Source of the DNA: Callorhinchus milii
Lineage: Eukaryota
NCBI RefSeq assembly: GCF_018977255.1
Contig: NW_024704742.1
Coordinates: 35,652,001 to 35,716,000, forward strand
Direction: 5' to 3'
DNA: 64,000 nucleotides
In this document: positions 63,196-64,000 of the stretch, piece by piece
How the letters are laid out: each line of letters opens with the position of its first letter
Numbering within the stretch: the first letter of the stretch is position 1
Translations under genes and position numbers: made by a program
Notes under the pieces: model-generated
What the model saw: the letters and a program-made list of their open reading frames with translations, nothing else
The model's database searches: none
Told to the model about the DNA's origin: nothing

Positions 63196-64000
63196 TTTAC
63201 CTGGTGTCTGGAGTTAACCAGCATCCGGCTAAAGTGGATTCCACTGTAAATTTATTCTAGTTCTAGTTGAGTTGTAGACCTATCCTTATTACTGGAAAAC
63301 CTTTGTTCAGAAGCAACAGTAATCACGCACCTCCCATGAGCTGGTCGGTAAGATATGTTTTACTCACTTTAATTTCGCTTTTGTCACTGTGGCTTCATCT
63401 GAATGAGCACATGCGTTTGGTTGCCATCTGTATCCATGATATAATAATAATAATTCAGTGGTTGAGAATTTGGAATTTACTATACTGTTACAACAACAAC
63501 TTGGATTTATATAGCGCCCTCCACGCCGGACAGCGTCTCAGAGCGCTTAAGGATGCAATGATATCTTCTAACCAGTGGCTTTAAAGAATGCAACCATTGA
63601 AGTAAATTTTATATTCTGTGTAATAATCTGCGATGGAGCAACACGAATTTCAAGCCTGAACAAAAAGGTGTTATTTCATATGCTGTTATGCCACATTAAT
63701 CATGTTACTATGATAACATTTGCAGTTGAGTTTTCAAACTCATTTTTTGGAGCTTTTGTAATAGGGAGGAATATCTTTCCTATGGGATTTTATATTACTA
63801 AATATATATATTTTATAGGTAACAAAATGTACAAGTTCATGACCATTTAATAAGAAACAGTAAAGTCAGCACAGTGTCTTTTATTGGACCAGCAGAAATA
63901 ATCTTATGCGCACCATTAGCTGAAATCTTTTTGATGGCTATTTTTACAACTTAAATATCTACAGCAGCACTTGCTAGGCTTCCATTTATGTTATTTTCAC

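Noticed and set aside
43794..64000. CFAP299 exon 3 or other host exons
   Set aside because: No segment resembling the expected next peptide with splice sites was found by eye. It probably lies beyond the window; tBLASTn would settle it.

Overview
Vertebrate genomic DNA, inferred from its repeat content to be a cartilaginous fish, probably a chimaera/elephant-shark relative. It carries a complete three-exon FGF5 gene on the + strand (CDS 10764-11031, 12656-12759, 18019-18369; 240 aa). Downstream are the first two coding exons of CFAP299/C4orf22 (29212-29322, 43663-43793), matching the human FGF5-CFAP299 gene order; later CFAP299 exons were not found in the window. Most of the rest is L2 LINE fragments, tRNA-headed SINEs with L2-type tails, CR1 relics, a 23/28-bp minisatellite and a foldback (inverted-repeat) element. 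The most interesting structures are: (1) a CFAP299 promoter made of repeated ETS-N4-RFX X-box units; (2) an FGF5 exon-2-skipping frame that would give an FGF5S-like product, plus a three-ATG uORF; (3) a minisatellite carrying exact copies of the adjacent splice donor; (4) an L2-plus-unique-flank segment present twice, 24 kb apart; (5) a compensatory base-pair change between the LINE and SINE 3' stem-loops; (6) candidate TALE/E-box enhancer and CTCF sites. I found no convincing new protein-coding system. Repeat boundaries are approximate, read by eye.
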